From contig NC_089434.1 in assembly GCF_026210795.1 (NCBI RefSeq), positions 62,001 through 126,000 of the forward strand: a stretch of DNA of 64,000 bases, in the 5' to 3' direction. The stretch's first letter is position 1; each line of letters opens with the position of its first letter. Source of the DNA: Rhizophagus irregularis. Taxonomy: Eukaryota. This document shows positions 13,531-26,575 of the stretch, in pieces. Below the pieces are notes generated by a model. The model did not search any database and was not told the origin of the DNA. It saw only the letters and a list, made by a program, of their open reading frames with translations. The translations under genes and the position numbers were made by a program.

Positions 13531-16519
13531 GATTATGTTTTAGTAAGATCGAAGCGTTCAATGAAAAATTTGAGAATTTCTACGTATGTATCTTATAGCC
13601 TATTTATGAATGCCAAAATCGACGAATAAAGAGCTTTTAATATGTACAATTTCATATATTAGTCCGGTCTGAATAGACTATTATTGCTTAGTGGCATGTG
13701 AAGATAGGAAATTGTACGGGGTATTAATGAAAAATTAATATTAATCGGGTTTTACTATAGCGAAACCAGAAAATTATCACGCGGTCTGTCCGTTTTGGTA
13801 ATTCGCTCAAATGATTTAGTTGCAAAAATATCGGACTTGACCCTTCTGGTGACATCATCTTGACCCTTATTAAAATATATTATGCGGGTCAGCACCGCGT
13901 GGTGGGTTAAGAACGATACCGACATTCGCGAATTAATTATATTGCAGAGCGAAACGTTGTTCTTTTTTACCATATTATAAGTCTTTTTTTTTTTTGGTCT
14001 AAAATTTTCAGTTCTTTCAGTCCTTTATAGTAAGTAAAGTTATAAAATCTTGTTGTTGGATTTCTGCAACGACCGAAGTCAAAAGCCCGAAGGCTTCTGA
14101 GCCCTCTACCAACAAGGCTTCCTAATAGATAAAGAACCGGACCTTTTTTATCCCAGAGAACCTCGGAGGCTAACCGATACATAACTTTCTCTTTTTTTTT
14201 CAACATAACTTTCAATAGAGTTTACAAAATGGGAAATAAAAAGCTTCGTAAGGAAGAGTAAGTAACCCTTCGTGTCAGTTAACTTATCAAAAATTGAGAT
14301 ATATTTATAAATTTATACAAAAAGCAGCCTGGAATCAGAAATCTTATACGAATCTAGTTCGGAATCAGAATCAAAATCGGAATCGGAACTAGGTACATTT
14401 AGTATGTCGTATAATTCTGCTTATTGTGTTCTAAACATTCTGATTCACTGCTTAATCATCAGGAAATTATATAGTGCGAAAAGTTGCGCAAGTTTACACA
14501 TCATAATATTTCGTAAGCTTCCAGACCCGCCGCAAGTTTGCGTAAGCGTAATATTTTGTAACTTTTTAAAATATTTCGAAATATTACGATATGCAAAGCT
14601 TCGTAATTTTACGATTTGTAATATTCCGTAATTTTGCGGTTCGCAATATTTCGTAATTTTACATATTATTTCGTAAGTTTTCAGACCCGCCGCAAGTTTG
14701 CGTAAGCGTAATATTTTGTAACTTTTTAAAATATTTCGAAATATTACTGTATGCAAGGCTTCGTAATTTTACGATTCGTAATATTCCGTAATTTTACTGC
14801 GTAATACTTCGCAACTTTTTAAAATATTTCGAAATTCTATGATGCGTAATGTTCCATAATTTGACGATTCGTAATATTCTGTGATTTTACACAACTTAAT
14901 ATTTCGTAATATTTCAAAATATTTCGATAAATAATACTTCATTTTCTGTACTATAAGTTTATATAATGTATGTTTTATTAGATATAATCATAAAAAATTA
15001 CAAGTATTTATTAATATATACAGAATACATAAAAGTAAAAAAAAGAAAGAGTAGAGTAACAATATTATTAGACGTAAAAAGAAGAGAAACAGCTATAGTA
15101 ACGTTAGTATTAGATATAAAGATAAAAGAAATATTGTTATTATTGTTAGTATTAAGGTAAAAAGAGTTAAAGAAACAGTAAAAGGAGTAAAAGAAACATG
15201 GATATTATCGTTAGTATTAAAGTACAAGTAAAAAGAAATAAAGGAAACGTAGATAGTATTGTTAGTATTACGACATAAAGTAACAAAGAGGTAAAAAAAA
15301 ACGCGTTAATATTAAAATAATTAGTATTAATAAATAAATATTTCTATACCTGCAAAGTAATTGAACAAAAGAATAAAGAAATAAAGAGAAAGGAAAAAAT
15401 AAACATGTTGTTAGTATTGTTAGTATCGTTAGTATTAAAGTACAAGTAAAAAGGAATAAAGGAAACATGGATATTATTGTTAGTATTACGATACAAAATA
15501 ACAAAGAGGTAAAAAAAAATGAAAATAATTAGTATTAATAAACAAATATTTCTATACCTGCAAAGCAATAAATTATGAAATATATGTAAATATATTGTAT
15601 ATAATTAAAGAAATAATAGAAAGAAGAGACAAAAAAATTAAAAATATTGAACAAAAGAATAAAGAAATAAGAAACAAAAATAAATAAGACAAAAACGCGT
15701 GCATAATTAAATGATTAAATGATTAAATCACATGCAAGGATCAGCCTAATTTTGATTGGCCAGAAAATACGATATCATAAAATTACATTTTAAAAAATTA
15801 TATATTGTACAGCGGGTGTGACATAAATAAATCGTGACTGAAATTTGTGTTCAATTTGTGTTTAATTTGTGTTGATAATTCTGGTAAAAAATTATTAATT
15901 TTGGCCAAATTTCGTTAAATTTGTTAAATTTGTGTTGAGTTTGTGTTGAATTTGTGTTGCGTAATTTTTTATTTATCACAAGGGGATGATATTTAGTAAT
16001 TGCATGTAACGACGTACAAGATTTTTTTTTATGATTTTTTTAAGAAATGTACGCAAAATATTTAATCAGAATATAATTGTTTTATTTTTAAATATGATAT
16101 ATTGATGATTTTTTTTTAAAAAAAAAATTGATTTTTTTAAAATTCAATAGAATGTGCTAATAATAAATTGGTTTATTTTTAAATATAATATATTGATATT
16201 TATATTTAAATAACCAAAACATGTACATGATTTTTAATTATTTTTAATTGAAATCAAACTAAGATTTTTTTTTTAAAAAAAATTAAAATAAATTAAGTGA
16301 TTTATATTTATATTTAGAATCATGATATTTATATTTAGATAATCCATATCCGCATGAGATTTAATTAATATGTTTAATGATGAAAAGTCTAATAAATTAA
16401 ATTTTAATTGAAATGAGAAATAAAATCAAACCAAAGAGGTATTGTTCAAATTTTATTTAAAGTGACATTTTACGACTTTCTTTCAAATTTTTACTCATCC
16501 CAAAATCAAATTACTAATA

Positions 16520-17145
16520 ATGCCTCGCCACACACGTCGTCGTTCCCACTATAACGTCCATTGGAACTGGGCTATGATGGACGAACTTGTTGACATACGC
16601 CGAGACAGAAACCGCGCCTACCACAATATTAATGGTAGAAGCCGCCAAGATTTTTGGGACTCTGTTGCCAATAGGTTCATATGACTAATATCTATAATTT
16701 CTTTAAGAAAAGAATTTAAATTCAAATTAACCAATCCATTTAATTGAATCAGAATAAATAGAATATTTCGAACGAGGGTTTCCAGGCAACAGTGCAGCCA
16801 AAAGTGGAGGAACCTCGTCAGGGATTACCATGTAAGTAAATAAATAACATTACATTCATATAAATTAAATGTATTTACCGAATATTCAAACTGATTTTGA
16901 TATTTAGAACTATGTCCTTTATCGTAATGGTAACCCTGGGTGGCGGCTGTGAACGCGTACCGGCGCAAGATATTATCGCGAATTTAGAACGAGATTTTGG
17001 GAGAGGCCGGGTAATTATACTATAATAAAATTTATAATTAATATTTACGTTCATGTTTTAAATTTGATAAATTTGATCAATTTTAGTCACGCGTGACGAT
17101 CGTAGGGCAAGGAGAAACTTACCTACGTATCGTAGAAGAAGATAA
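16520..17145 (+). pseudogene. Myb/SANT-like trihelix gene, 4 exons, one in-frame TGA
   Basis: MPRHTRRRSHYNVHWNWAMMDELVDIRRDRNRAYHNINGRSRQDFWDSVANR|INRIFRTRVSRQQCSQKWRNLVRDYH|..*TRTGARYYREFRTRFWERP. Homologous to 2915-3769. Confidence 0.8.
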
Positions 17146-17510
17146 TTATTTTTATTTTTTTATTATTTATTAAGTGAGTAGCTAGGCCCAGTCCGTACCA
17201 AATATCGGCTGGAGACTCACGTTTTTTTTGGGCTGTGACTGATACTGACGTCCACGCCGTACAGCCTGGGTACTATTTTATAAAATAGTAGCGAACAAGT
17301 ATTAAATGTGTATTTTTTTTATTAAGTTATAATAAAAATTAGAATTTACTTTAATTTTTAACATAAAAATTGTAAATAATAAAAAATTCGTAAATAAAAA
17401 TAAATTTGCTTTCCCAAACTTAAAAAAAAAGGTGTTTATATAAAAGAAAAGGTGTTTATATTATTTTTGATTATTCAATAGTATCACATGCCCTTGTATA
17501 CGTTCTACTG

Positions 17511-18000
17511 CATATGCAGTTTACAATCTTGTAAATTTTCGAAATATTTCAACCGTAATATTACGCAGGTTTACAGTTTCGTAAATTTTCGAAATATTTC
17601 AACCGTAATATTACGCAGGTTTACAGTTTCGTAAATTTGCAGAATATTTTGACCGTAATATTACGCAGGTTTACAGTTTCGTAAATTTTCGAAATATTTT
17701 AACCGTAATATTACGCAGGTTTACAGTTTCGTAAATTTTCGAAATATTTTAACCGTAATATTACGCAGGTTTACAGTTTCGTAAATTTTCGAAATATTTC
17801 AACCGTAATATTACGCAGGTTTACAGTTTCGTAAATTTTCGAAATATTTCAACCGTAATATTACGCAGGTTTACAGTTTCGTAAATTTGCAGAATATTTT
17901 GACCGTAATATTGCGTAAATCTTACGATATTGAAAACTCACGTAATATTTTAACCGTAATATCACATAAATCTTACGAAATTGTAAACTTACGTAATATT
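17511..18000. repeat. 50-bp tandem array (7 near-perfect copies plus degenerate ones), subterminal repeat
   Basis: ttacgcaggtttacagtttcgtaaattttcgaaatatttcaaccgtaata at 17561, 17611, ... 17861. Confidence 0.95.
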
Positions 18001-20599
18001 TTGAAATTTTTCGAAATATTATGCCATAAACTTTCGTAAACTTACAAAATCGTAAACTTACGCAATTTTTCGCGCTATAAAATTTCCTGATGATGGTCAA
18101 TATACAATTGATAGAATTAAACCCGGAAGGCACTCAAATTCTTGATTCTGATTCTAGGCCAAGAGATGGCAAGAAAAGAAAAAAGTCAAAAGAACGACGA
18201 TACCAACATGTATCTGAAATGCCCAAAGATTTGAGAGAAGCATTAAGGGTAAACAAAACTTTCGCTGTATTTTTTATTTTTATAAATTTACTGATAATAA
18301 TATATTTTTAGAGAGATCTATTCTGGAATCAGGCAAGAATGCCTCAGGAAACTCAATTAGATATCGAAAAAACGTTCGAGCTTCAAAAGGATCTTGTAGT
18401 TAAAACGATTGTGCCAAATTTAATGAAAACATTGGATCTTGACACCTACACCATAGGGGAAGGTGTCATATACGAGATGATCTATCAGCGGCACCGCCAC
18501 AAAAGGGACAATCTTTGGGTCAAAAATAAATCAGAAAATGATATAAAGAAAGAAACAGGATGGAAACACCAAAATTCACGACGATCGGAGGTAAATATAA
18601 ATGTTATATTTTACTAATCATCCTAATCATCATTATTTATTTACGAGTTTTTTATAAAATAGAAAAGAAAAAAAAGATCAAAGACGATCAACAATTTAAA
18701 AAAAATTAATGATCCGTTGATTGAAAAGTTCAGTAACGAAGAATTGCGGCCAATAATTACAGAAAACGGCTATCATAGCCCGGAAATTTCAGAAAGCGAG
18801 GACGAGCGAAACATAATCGTTGTGCGTAACTTGCGATAGCGCTCCAGCACTGTAAGTGAATTTATTGAAATGGGTTACATATAACTGGCATATGCTAATT
18901 CATTTTAAAACAAAGCTGCGCAGATTTTTGTACTATGTTGATAGTAATACAACAAAAGGCGACAAAAAGCGTGAACGGGTGTACAAGCCTAGTGAGTATG
19001 TTAAAGAAACGGCGCCGAATAGCGCGCCTAGTTGGACGAAATCAGGCTACGATGGGCCATTAAAAAATCCAGTTGCCAAGGCGATTAGTAAATTACAAAA
19101 TAAATGAAATATGTTAGTAAATTTAATAAATATAAATAAATATATCAGTAAATTTAATAAATATATCAGTAAATTTAATAAATATCAGTAAATTTAATAA
19201 ATATATCAGTAAATATAATGCTTGAGTCAAACAGATTGAAAAGAAATTAAAGACTGAGACAACCTTTTTGGTTCAATTTTCACAATACCTAATTTTTTTA
19301 TTTTATTTCATCAACTGACAATCATACCGATATACCGATATATCAAGCTAATCTAGCTGCGGATTACCAGCCAGATTATTTTTGACATTAATTTAGAAAT
19401 CGACATATATACGCAAAGTTGCTAAATTTTGTAAATTTCACGAGTCGGGCTAACTAATAAATCGGTATCCGTATTTGCAAATATATTGTTATAATACGCA
19501 AATAGTCCAATTTGATTAGTGATCTGGATCATTGAAATTTAATCTGATTGGCCAGATCTCTGTTTGATTACGATAAATATGGAAATAAGCACATTTTGTT
19601 TACAACAAAACCTTTTTACCTATTTGCGAATTTTTCTTTTTTTTGCCGTTTGCCTATTTGCGAATTTTTCTTCTTTTGCCGTTTTGCCTATTTGCGAATT
19701 TTTCTTATACCATCTTACGAATGCGTTGCCTATTTTTTGTTTATTTTTGCTTATTATATCACCGTTTACTTTCTACGCCCATAATATATGGTGTGAAATT
19801 ATTGGACTCGTTCACTGACAATGGTTGACATACTGGTATGTCAGTTACTTTCAGCTGTATGAGTTTATAACAAATTAATAATAATAAGCACTTTCACATT
19901 CAACAATCGTGAACGGGAATATTCCAATTTTATTCTGGAGACAGATACGGAAACTGTTATTTATCGCTAACCTTCACTATTTCCTTTTTGTAAAACAGGT
20001 TTCATTGAGTTGTGTTTCAAATATCCTCCTGTTTTTATAGGTGCGAGAACATGCCGATTTTTTGATGAATTTAATACTTCTTTTGCTCCTCACACTCAAT
20101 CAAAGTGAAATATAGAACGACAATGCATATTTCTTTCGATTTTCATTTTACTGAGTGTAACTTTAAAAATGGTAAGCGAATATTTGTACTGATCTTCACT
20201 TCTAACGAAATAAACTTTATTCGTTTTTAGCGATCAGAAATGAAATGTATATATACCGATTTTGATAAACTTCATTTAGAGGCAAGCCTGACTGATGGGT
20301 CTAATGGTATTATGGTAAGTAATAATAGGTATACTTTTTTTTGATATAACATTCTAGTTATGTATTTTTTTTCATGCATATTTTTACATATAGTACGCTG
20401 TGGTCTGGAACCACCCGAGATTTTTGACTACCTAGGGATGAAGTTGTAAGGTGCTTGTACCTGATAGGCTAGCCTCCTCTAATCTAGGGTCTCATTAATC
20501 GGGAGACGAGGTGGTTCCTAAGTACCTTCCACATCAAGGGCGGACATTTTTTGTAAAATCACACGTTGGGAATACTATCTCGTAATGAATACTTCAAAG

Positions 20600-22110
20600 A
20601 CAAAAGGAGCGAAAAGCCTTCAGTTTGTTGTTAGCGGTGAAGATGTAGTGGTCGTGCCATTTAATGGTTGCGTTGATTGATTGATATACTCATATTTTGT
20701 AGGATTAGCTAATACATGAGATTTCTCGAAAATCAGAAATGAACACTGCCGATTTTCACCCTACTGACATATATTTTTAAATTCGTTTTCTGCAATCAGA
20801 AACGAAGTGTATCTACCGGTGTTGAAAAACTTTAAAGGTGAGTTCATTCCTAGCACAATTCGTTTAGATAATTAACGTGACGGTATCTTTAAATTGTTCC
20901 TACTTTCAGCAATCGGCAAACTCATCTCTGATATCAGTAACTATGACCAGTTTTATGGTGGGCTAATGGAGTAAAATAGGTATGCTTTTTTTTTGATATA
21001 TAACATAGTTATGTGTATTTTTTCATGTATATCAAAAGGAGTGAAAAGCCTTCAGTTTGCTAGCGGTGAAGATGTAATAATGATCGTGCCATTTAATGGT
21101 TGCGTTGATTGATTGATTAACGTATGCCTTACTCATATTTTGTAGGATTAGCTAATACATGAGATTTCTCGAAAATCGGAAATGAACACTGCCGATTTTC
21201 ACCCTACCGACATATATTTTTAAATTCATTTTCTTCAATCAGAAGCGAAGTGTAACTACCGGTTTTGACGAACTTTAAAGGTGAGTTCATTCCTAGCACA
21301 ATTCGTTTAGATAATTAACGTGACGGTATCTTTAAATTACTCCTACTTTCAGCAATCGGCAAACTTGATTTCTGATATCAGTAACTATGACCAGTTTTAT
21401 GGTGGGCTAATGGTACAAATAGGTATGCTTTTTTTTTTGATATATAACATAGTTATGTGTATTTTTTCATGTATATCAAAGGGAGCGAAAAGTCTACAGT
21501 TTGTTAGCGGTGAAGATGTAGTGGTCGTGCCATTTGATGGTTGCGTTGATTGATTGATTAACGTACACCTTACTACTCATATTTTATTTGTAAGATTAGC
21601 TAATACGCGAGATTTCTTGAAAAATCAAAAACACTGCCAATTCTCACCCTACTGACATATTTTCTGCGATCAATAGCAAATTGTGTATTTACCGATTTTG
21701 ACGAACTTTATTAAAGGTGAGTTCATTCTTAGCACAATTCGTTTGAGATATTTAACGTGTCAATAATTAACGTTTCAGTCAGATCTAAATTGCTCCTACT
21801 TTCAGCAATTGGATAACTCGATTTCTGACGAAATGTAGAAGTACTGTGCCGAGGAGCGAAAATTAATTATTGCATTTGTCAGCGGTTCTTTATTAAATAG
21901 TTGCTCATGTTGATTAATCGATTAATGTACGCCCTTATTCATATTCTAATTCGCAAGATTTCTCAAAAAATCAGAAATGAACCGTATTTTATTTCATTTT
22001 TAGAAACGAATTTGTATATCTATCGATTTTGACGAATTTCATTCATTCGATAATTAACATGATGGTCTTTAAGCTGTTCCTACTTTCAGTAATCGGAAAA
22101 CTCGATTTCT
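20600..22110 (+). repeat. ~430-440-bp tandem array (3 good copies plus degenerate ones) with conserved splice-like signals
   Basis: Unit starts caaaaggagcgaaaagcc at ~20601, ~21033, ~21477 and ~21850. Units contain gtgagttc...ctactttcag. Confidence 0.85.
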
Positions 22111-22882
22111 GACGGACATTCGTTAGGAGTTTGGTAAGCAAGATTTCATCACCATTTATTTCTAATAACTTGTTTGTTCGTTTAATGTATAACATTTATT
22201 AATTCTTTATTTTTAAATTTGTTCCTGTTAGCAATCAGAACAATCAGAAACAAAAACGTACCGATTTTCGCTTAATCATATTACTTTTATTATGATTGTA
22301 TACATTGATATAAGTTCCCATTTGAAATAAATTATATTTACAACTATGATTGTACAATCAAATTTTTGAATATATTGTAAATTGTAATTAATAAAGCGCA
22401 TGTAGGCTGGAATTAAAACCATTGTTTTTAATAATTTGTAATTAATAATGCGTAAATAAATATATAATAAATAAAATAGGTGCATCATAAACATTTTATA
22501 AAACCGATTTTACCAATCGGCTATTACAAATCAGCTATTAATCAGTCATCAATACATTATCAATCGGTCATTAATACGCTACCAATCGGTCATTAATCAG
22601 ATACTGCCCGATTGCTGTCGGATTAAGCAAATCCAATAAGTCATCAATCAGTTATCAATTGACCATTAATTGACCATCGTTCGGCCATCAATTGACTCTC
22701 AATTTGTCACCAATCGGGCAGCCCGGATGATAGCCGGTTGTTGTCGGATTTTGGCGGAAATCAACTATCAATCGGGCAGCCCAATTGAAAAAATCAGTTA
22801 CCAACCAGGCATCAATCGGATACCCGATTGATGCCTGGTTGGTGACTGATTTGGCATCTTTCGACCTGTGTGGTGTGGCATA

Positions 22883-25800
22883 CTACAAGTTAAATCTTCT
22901 ATTCAAAGGTATAATCGACAAATATTTTTGTTTTCCTACCATAATATTTCTAAATTTTGTAGCTCGACATAATATCCTATGAACCGCTAACAGGGAATCA
23001 CAATTTTCTTGAAAGTATTCAGCTTTCCATAATTCGGTATTTGATATTTCTGGCTCCATAAAACTATGTTTAAACCGAATACTAGAAGAAGGTGCAGGTT
23101 TATACCACTTGACATATGCTAGGAGGTGAGTTTTCGTTCCTTCTGGAAATCTAAGGGCATGCTCAAAATAATATTGGACTTCACCCGGATAAGTGTCAAC
23201 TGAATCATCATTAGCTGCTTTCCATTTTGCAAATATATTCGCATTTTTTTCATGGTGACCAGAAATCATAGATCCAAATATTTTGGCGCCAATTTGTAGT
23301 CTTGCATGCTAATTCATATGCAAATCCATAAATCCTAACACATCTTCTTTTTCCCTTTCATATAATATTGCATACCATTCACATAGAAATTCTCGCAACT
23401 CCAAAGGCATAACGACATTGATATATGATGGGTTAAGCATTTGGCCAGGTAATGGTTCAGTGCCATATATTTTGAAAATTATAGACGTATTATGTCTCAT
23501 GAATAGAAAATGCTGCAGTTTCTCCCTTTCTGCTGTGATTGCTAAACTTTCTACAGCTTTTTTTGGTACAAGAAGATGGAGAGATTCATCTAGAAGGCCA
23601 GATGTCCATTTACATGATAAGTGATAATCCACCAAAGTGTTTTTAAGAACAATTTTCATTAATTCAGGTTCTATTTATCGGTTACTATTAGAATATGATC
23701 CTAAATAACAGGAATTTTTTTAATAAAAGTACTAAAGACAATTGAAAGACACTGAAGTAAATTTACCTATATATCCATTAAGTCTTTCAAACGGGAAAAG
23801 CCAAAAACTATATATAGGACCATAATCACGACAGCAATCAGGGATATGAAGTGCAAGATGTATATTGCTTGTTATAAATTCTGGTCCATATATATATTCT
23901 ATAAGGTAGGCCATATCTTTTAACCTCTCTTGCGCCTCCTTCAAATCATTATCTGTAATAAATCTTGCTACTAAAAAATTACAAGCTCGAACAAAATGCC
24001 CTAAGATCTTTCTATCATTATCATCTAGCATATCCCATAATATAGATGTAGAATAAATCATAATAAAGGTCTTCCATTGATCAGCAGTTAAGTTAGAAAA
24101 CCCATCATTTCCGATTGCAATTTTTGGAGGAATTCTACCAATGTCAGAAGGTAAATCAATATTATCCATTCTGTTTTGTGCTACACGAAGTTGTTCTATA
24201 GTTAATTTTTTTGGTTTACAAAAATGGATTTGATTATCCATTTTGCAACACCGAGGAAAAGACAATGCATAGGATCCACTACAGCAAATCGTATAGGATC
24301 CATGTATGGTAGGCGAAGCACTTCAGTCCATCTTATACCATATACTTTAAAATGTGCTTCTCTGGAGGACTTTGAGTTACATTGCAACCATTCATGAGCA
24401 TATTGCCTATGTAATAAAAGATCTGCAGGCTTTGTTACCCATTCATTATAGTCTTGCATTCTTCTGTAATGAGTTTTTCTAAATTTCCCGCTATAAGTGG
24501 TATATTTGTCACATCTATAGCATTTCATTACTGCAGATCTATGACCAAATAACTTTCGTGTAGCTGGAGTATCAGACGATCCAACAATTAACGCAACTTT
24601 TTTTTCTAAACCATTGGAAAATTGGTGAGTTTTTGGTACTTTCCACCCCTTCCAAAGTTCTAATAACTCATCTACAATAGAAGCTAGATAATGATTAATG
24701 CGTTCCAACCCTGCCTCTTTTGGTCCTGGTAAGAAACCCAAATATATAATATTTTCAGGCTTATTCCTTTCTGACCTTAGAAGATTACAAATAGACGCAT
24801 AAATAGCGCCAGTACTATGCTGCGTGTAGGAGAATGGTTGGAACCAATCAAGATTAAGGAGAAGACCTAGATAGGTTGTGGCAGTCTCTGTTGTAAAAAA
24901 GGTACTACCATCAAATGGAAAATTTTTCCATACCTTACTATCGTAAATATCTGAATAGATATTATTTTTGTTTCTTTGAGTCCCTGATAATTTTAACATG
25001 TTCTCAAAATCTGGTCGTTGATATAAAATGCTCAATTGCTGACGAATGTTTGGCTTAAGATAAAGCATGCGAGGTACCGCAATTGTTGCATTTTTATTTT
25101 TTTTGAGAATGGAAAGTGGATTATTGCATTAGTGATTACGACTTGATATTGGATTATTTGAATATTCTTTATACGGGCAATTCATTATAGTAACTTTTCC
25201 TTCTTCCTTATATGCAATAATATCTTTAACATTATGCAATTTATGGCAATCGGTACATGCAGCTAATTGCATTTTCGGTTGAAAAATGTTTAACCATATT
25301 TTTGCCATATATAATAAGGTAGGAAAATTTTCAAATTGCAACTTATTAAAGCGCATAAGAATTATATGAAAAAATTTTATTAAGGATTTAAGTGCAATAT
25401 CAGGCAATCGAAATCTTTGTTGAAATTTAAATAGCCATATTATAATCTCAGTATTAATAGAATCACTTAAGCTTTCCACTATAAATGCTTCTTCATTGTC
25501 ATTGTCAATCTTAGGAGATGCGAAAAAATCTTCTACATCATCATTCTCCTCTCATTCATCCACATCATCATTCTCTTCCTCATCCATATTATCTACATCA
25601 TCATTCTCCTCTCCTTCATTCACATCATCATTCTCTTTCCCATCCATATTATTTACATCATCATTCTTCTCTCCCTCATTCACATCATCATTCTTTTCCT
25701 CATCCATATTATTTACATCATCATTCTCTTCCCCCTCATTTATATTATCTACATTATAATTCTCACCAAAATAATTGATTTCATCATTATTTTCATTAAT

Positions 25801-26262
25801 TGTAGATGCTGGAATACGAAAACATAAAGGTTTTGATGAAAATAATGTTATATTTTCTTCAATATATTGGAAAGAGGGACCAGGATGGGAAGAGTCCTGA
25901 TTCGAACTAGATGTACCGGAGTAATTATTTCTTTTTCGCTTTTTTGATATATTCAATTTTATTTCTGTATTTATATATGTATTATTAACAGATGATGTTT
26001 TTTTCTTTCTTATCATGATGGTATTTTCCTGATTTTTTCTAAAATCTTTTGATCTCGATTTTCACAAACTATCATCATACGTATGTTTCTCTTGAGTGCG
26101 AAAATCAACTTCTGCACCTTTGCAACGAGCACAATTGCAAATATACAAATACTTTTTTTTGGGCTTTATTAAATCAGCCACAAAGGTTTCAGAGGTTTCA
26201 ACTTTACGTTTTTTATTACTCTTTATTAATTCAGATACAGAGTTACATTTTTTATTACTCAT
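22883..26262 (-). pseudogene. CACTA/En-Spm Tnp2 transposase pseudogene, copy 2 (outer element)
   Basis: SDIYDSKVW, LNLDWFQPF, SDTPATRKLFG, VVDPMHCLFLG, SNIHLALH, FPFERLNG, YPGEVQYYFEH. 63-bp acidic coding repeats at 25530-25740. Frameshifts and stops. Confidence 0.92.
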
Positions 26263-26575
26263 TTTTATTAAAATGTATAAAATATATTTTTTATTCTATC
26301 ACTTTTAATAGTTAGTAATCAAGACGTTCAGAAACGAGCTTTTATTAATCCTTATCATACAAAAGAATTGCACAAGAATTTTATGAGCGCGTTACTTTTA
26401 CCTGGTGAGAATTGTGCAAACGCGTTGCTAACTCTGAGCCTTGATCTGCATCCTGAAATTTCCAAAATCATTATAAATTTGCACACAATCAACTTTTCTT
26501 GCATTCTGAAATCTCTACTTTATATGGGATTTTTTTATTTTACAAAATAACAAAAAGATTTTATACTTCGTAACA

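Larger units (their letters stand above)
14457..18092. mobile_element. Non-autonomous CATCAGG-terminus element with 2-bp TSD (CMC-like) carrying a Myb/SANT gene
   Basis: ~41-bp TIR catcaggaaattatatagtgcgaaaagttgcgcaagtttac vs revcomp catcaggaaattttatagcgcgaaaaattgcgtaagtttac. TSD AT. Subterminal repeat arrays at both ends. Confidence 0.88.
14229..19107 (+). pseudogene. Uncharacterised 'YHSPE' family gene, copy 2, divergent from the transposase; one intron holds a 3.6-kb insertion
   Basis: MGNKKLRKEE.., MPKDLREALR|, HRHKRD..KHQNSRRSE|, ENGYHSPEISESE..LR*RSST|, LRRFLYYVD..APSWT. Intron positions match copy 1. Confidence 0.75.
4471..22870 (-). mobile_element. 18.4-kb CACTA/En-Spm (CMC)-type element with CACAG termini
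   Basis: 12-bp perfect TIR CACAGGTCGAAA at 4471 and revcomp ending at 22870. 3-bp TSD TGG (4468-70, 22871-73). Dense atcggt/accgat subterminal repeats at both ends. Contains a Tnp2-type transposase. Confidence 0.9.

Noticed and set aside
16940..17280. In-frame TGA plus 3' hairpin as selenoprotein/SECIS
   Set aside because: The TGA aligns with Arg in the paralogue (CGA>TGA), not Cys; no clear SECIS core.
17511..18000. 50-bp repeats as a CRISPR array
   Set aside because: Head-to-tail units with no unique spacers, eukaryotic TE context, no cas genes.
20461..20520. Canonical HDV-like ribozyme (gcctcctc..cgag)
   Set aside because: P1/P2/P3 order could not be satisfied by eye; kept only as a generic structured-RNA candidate.
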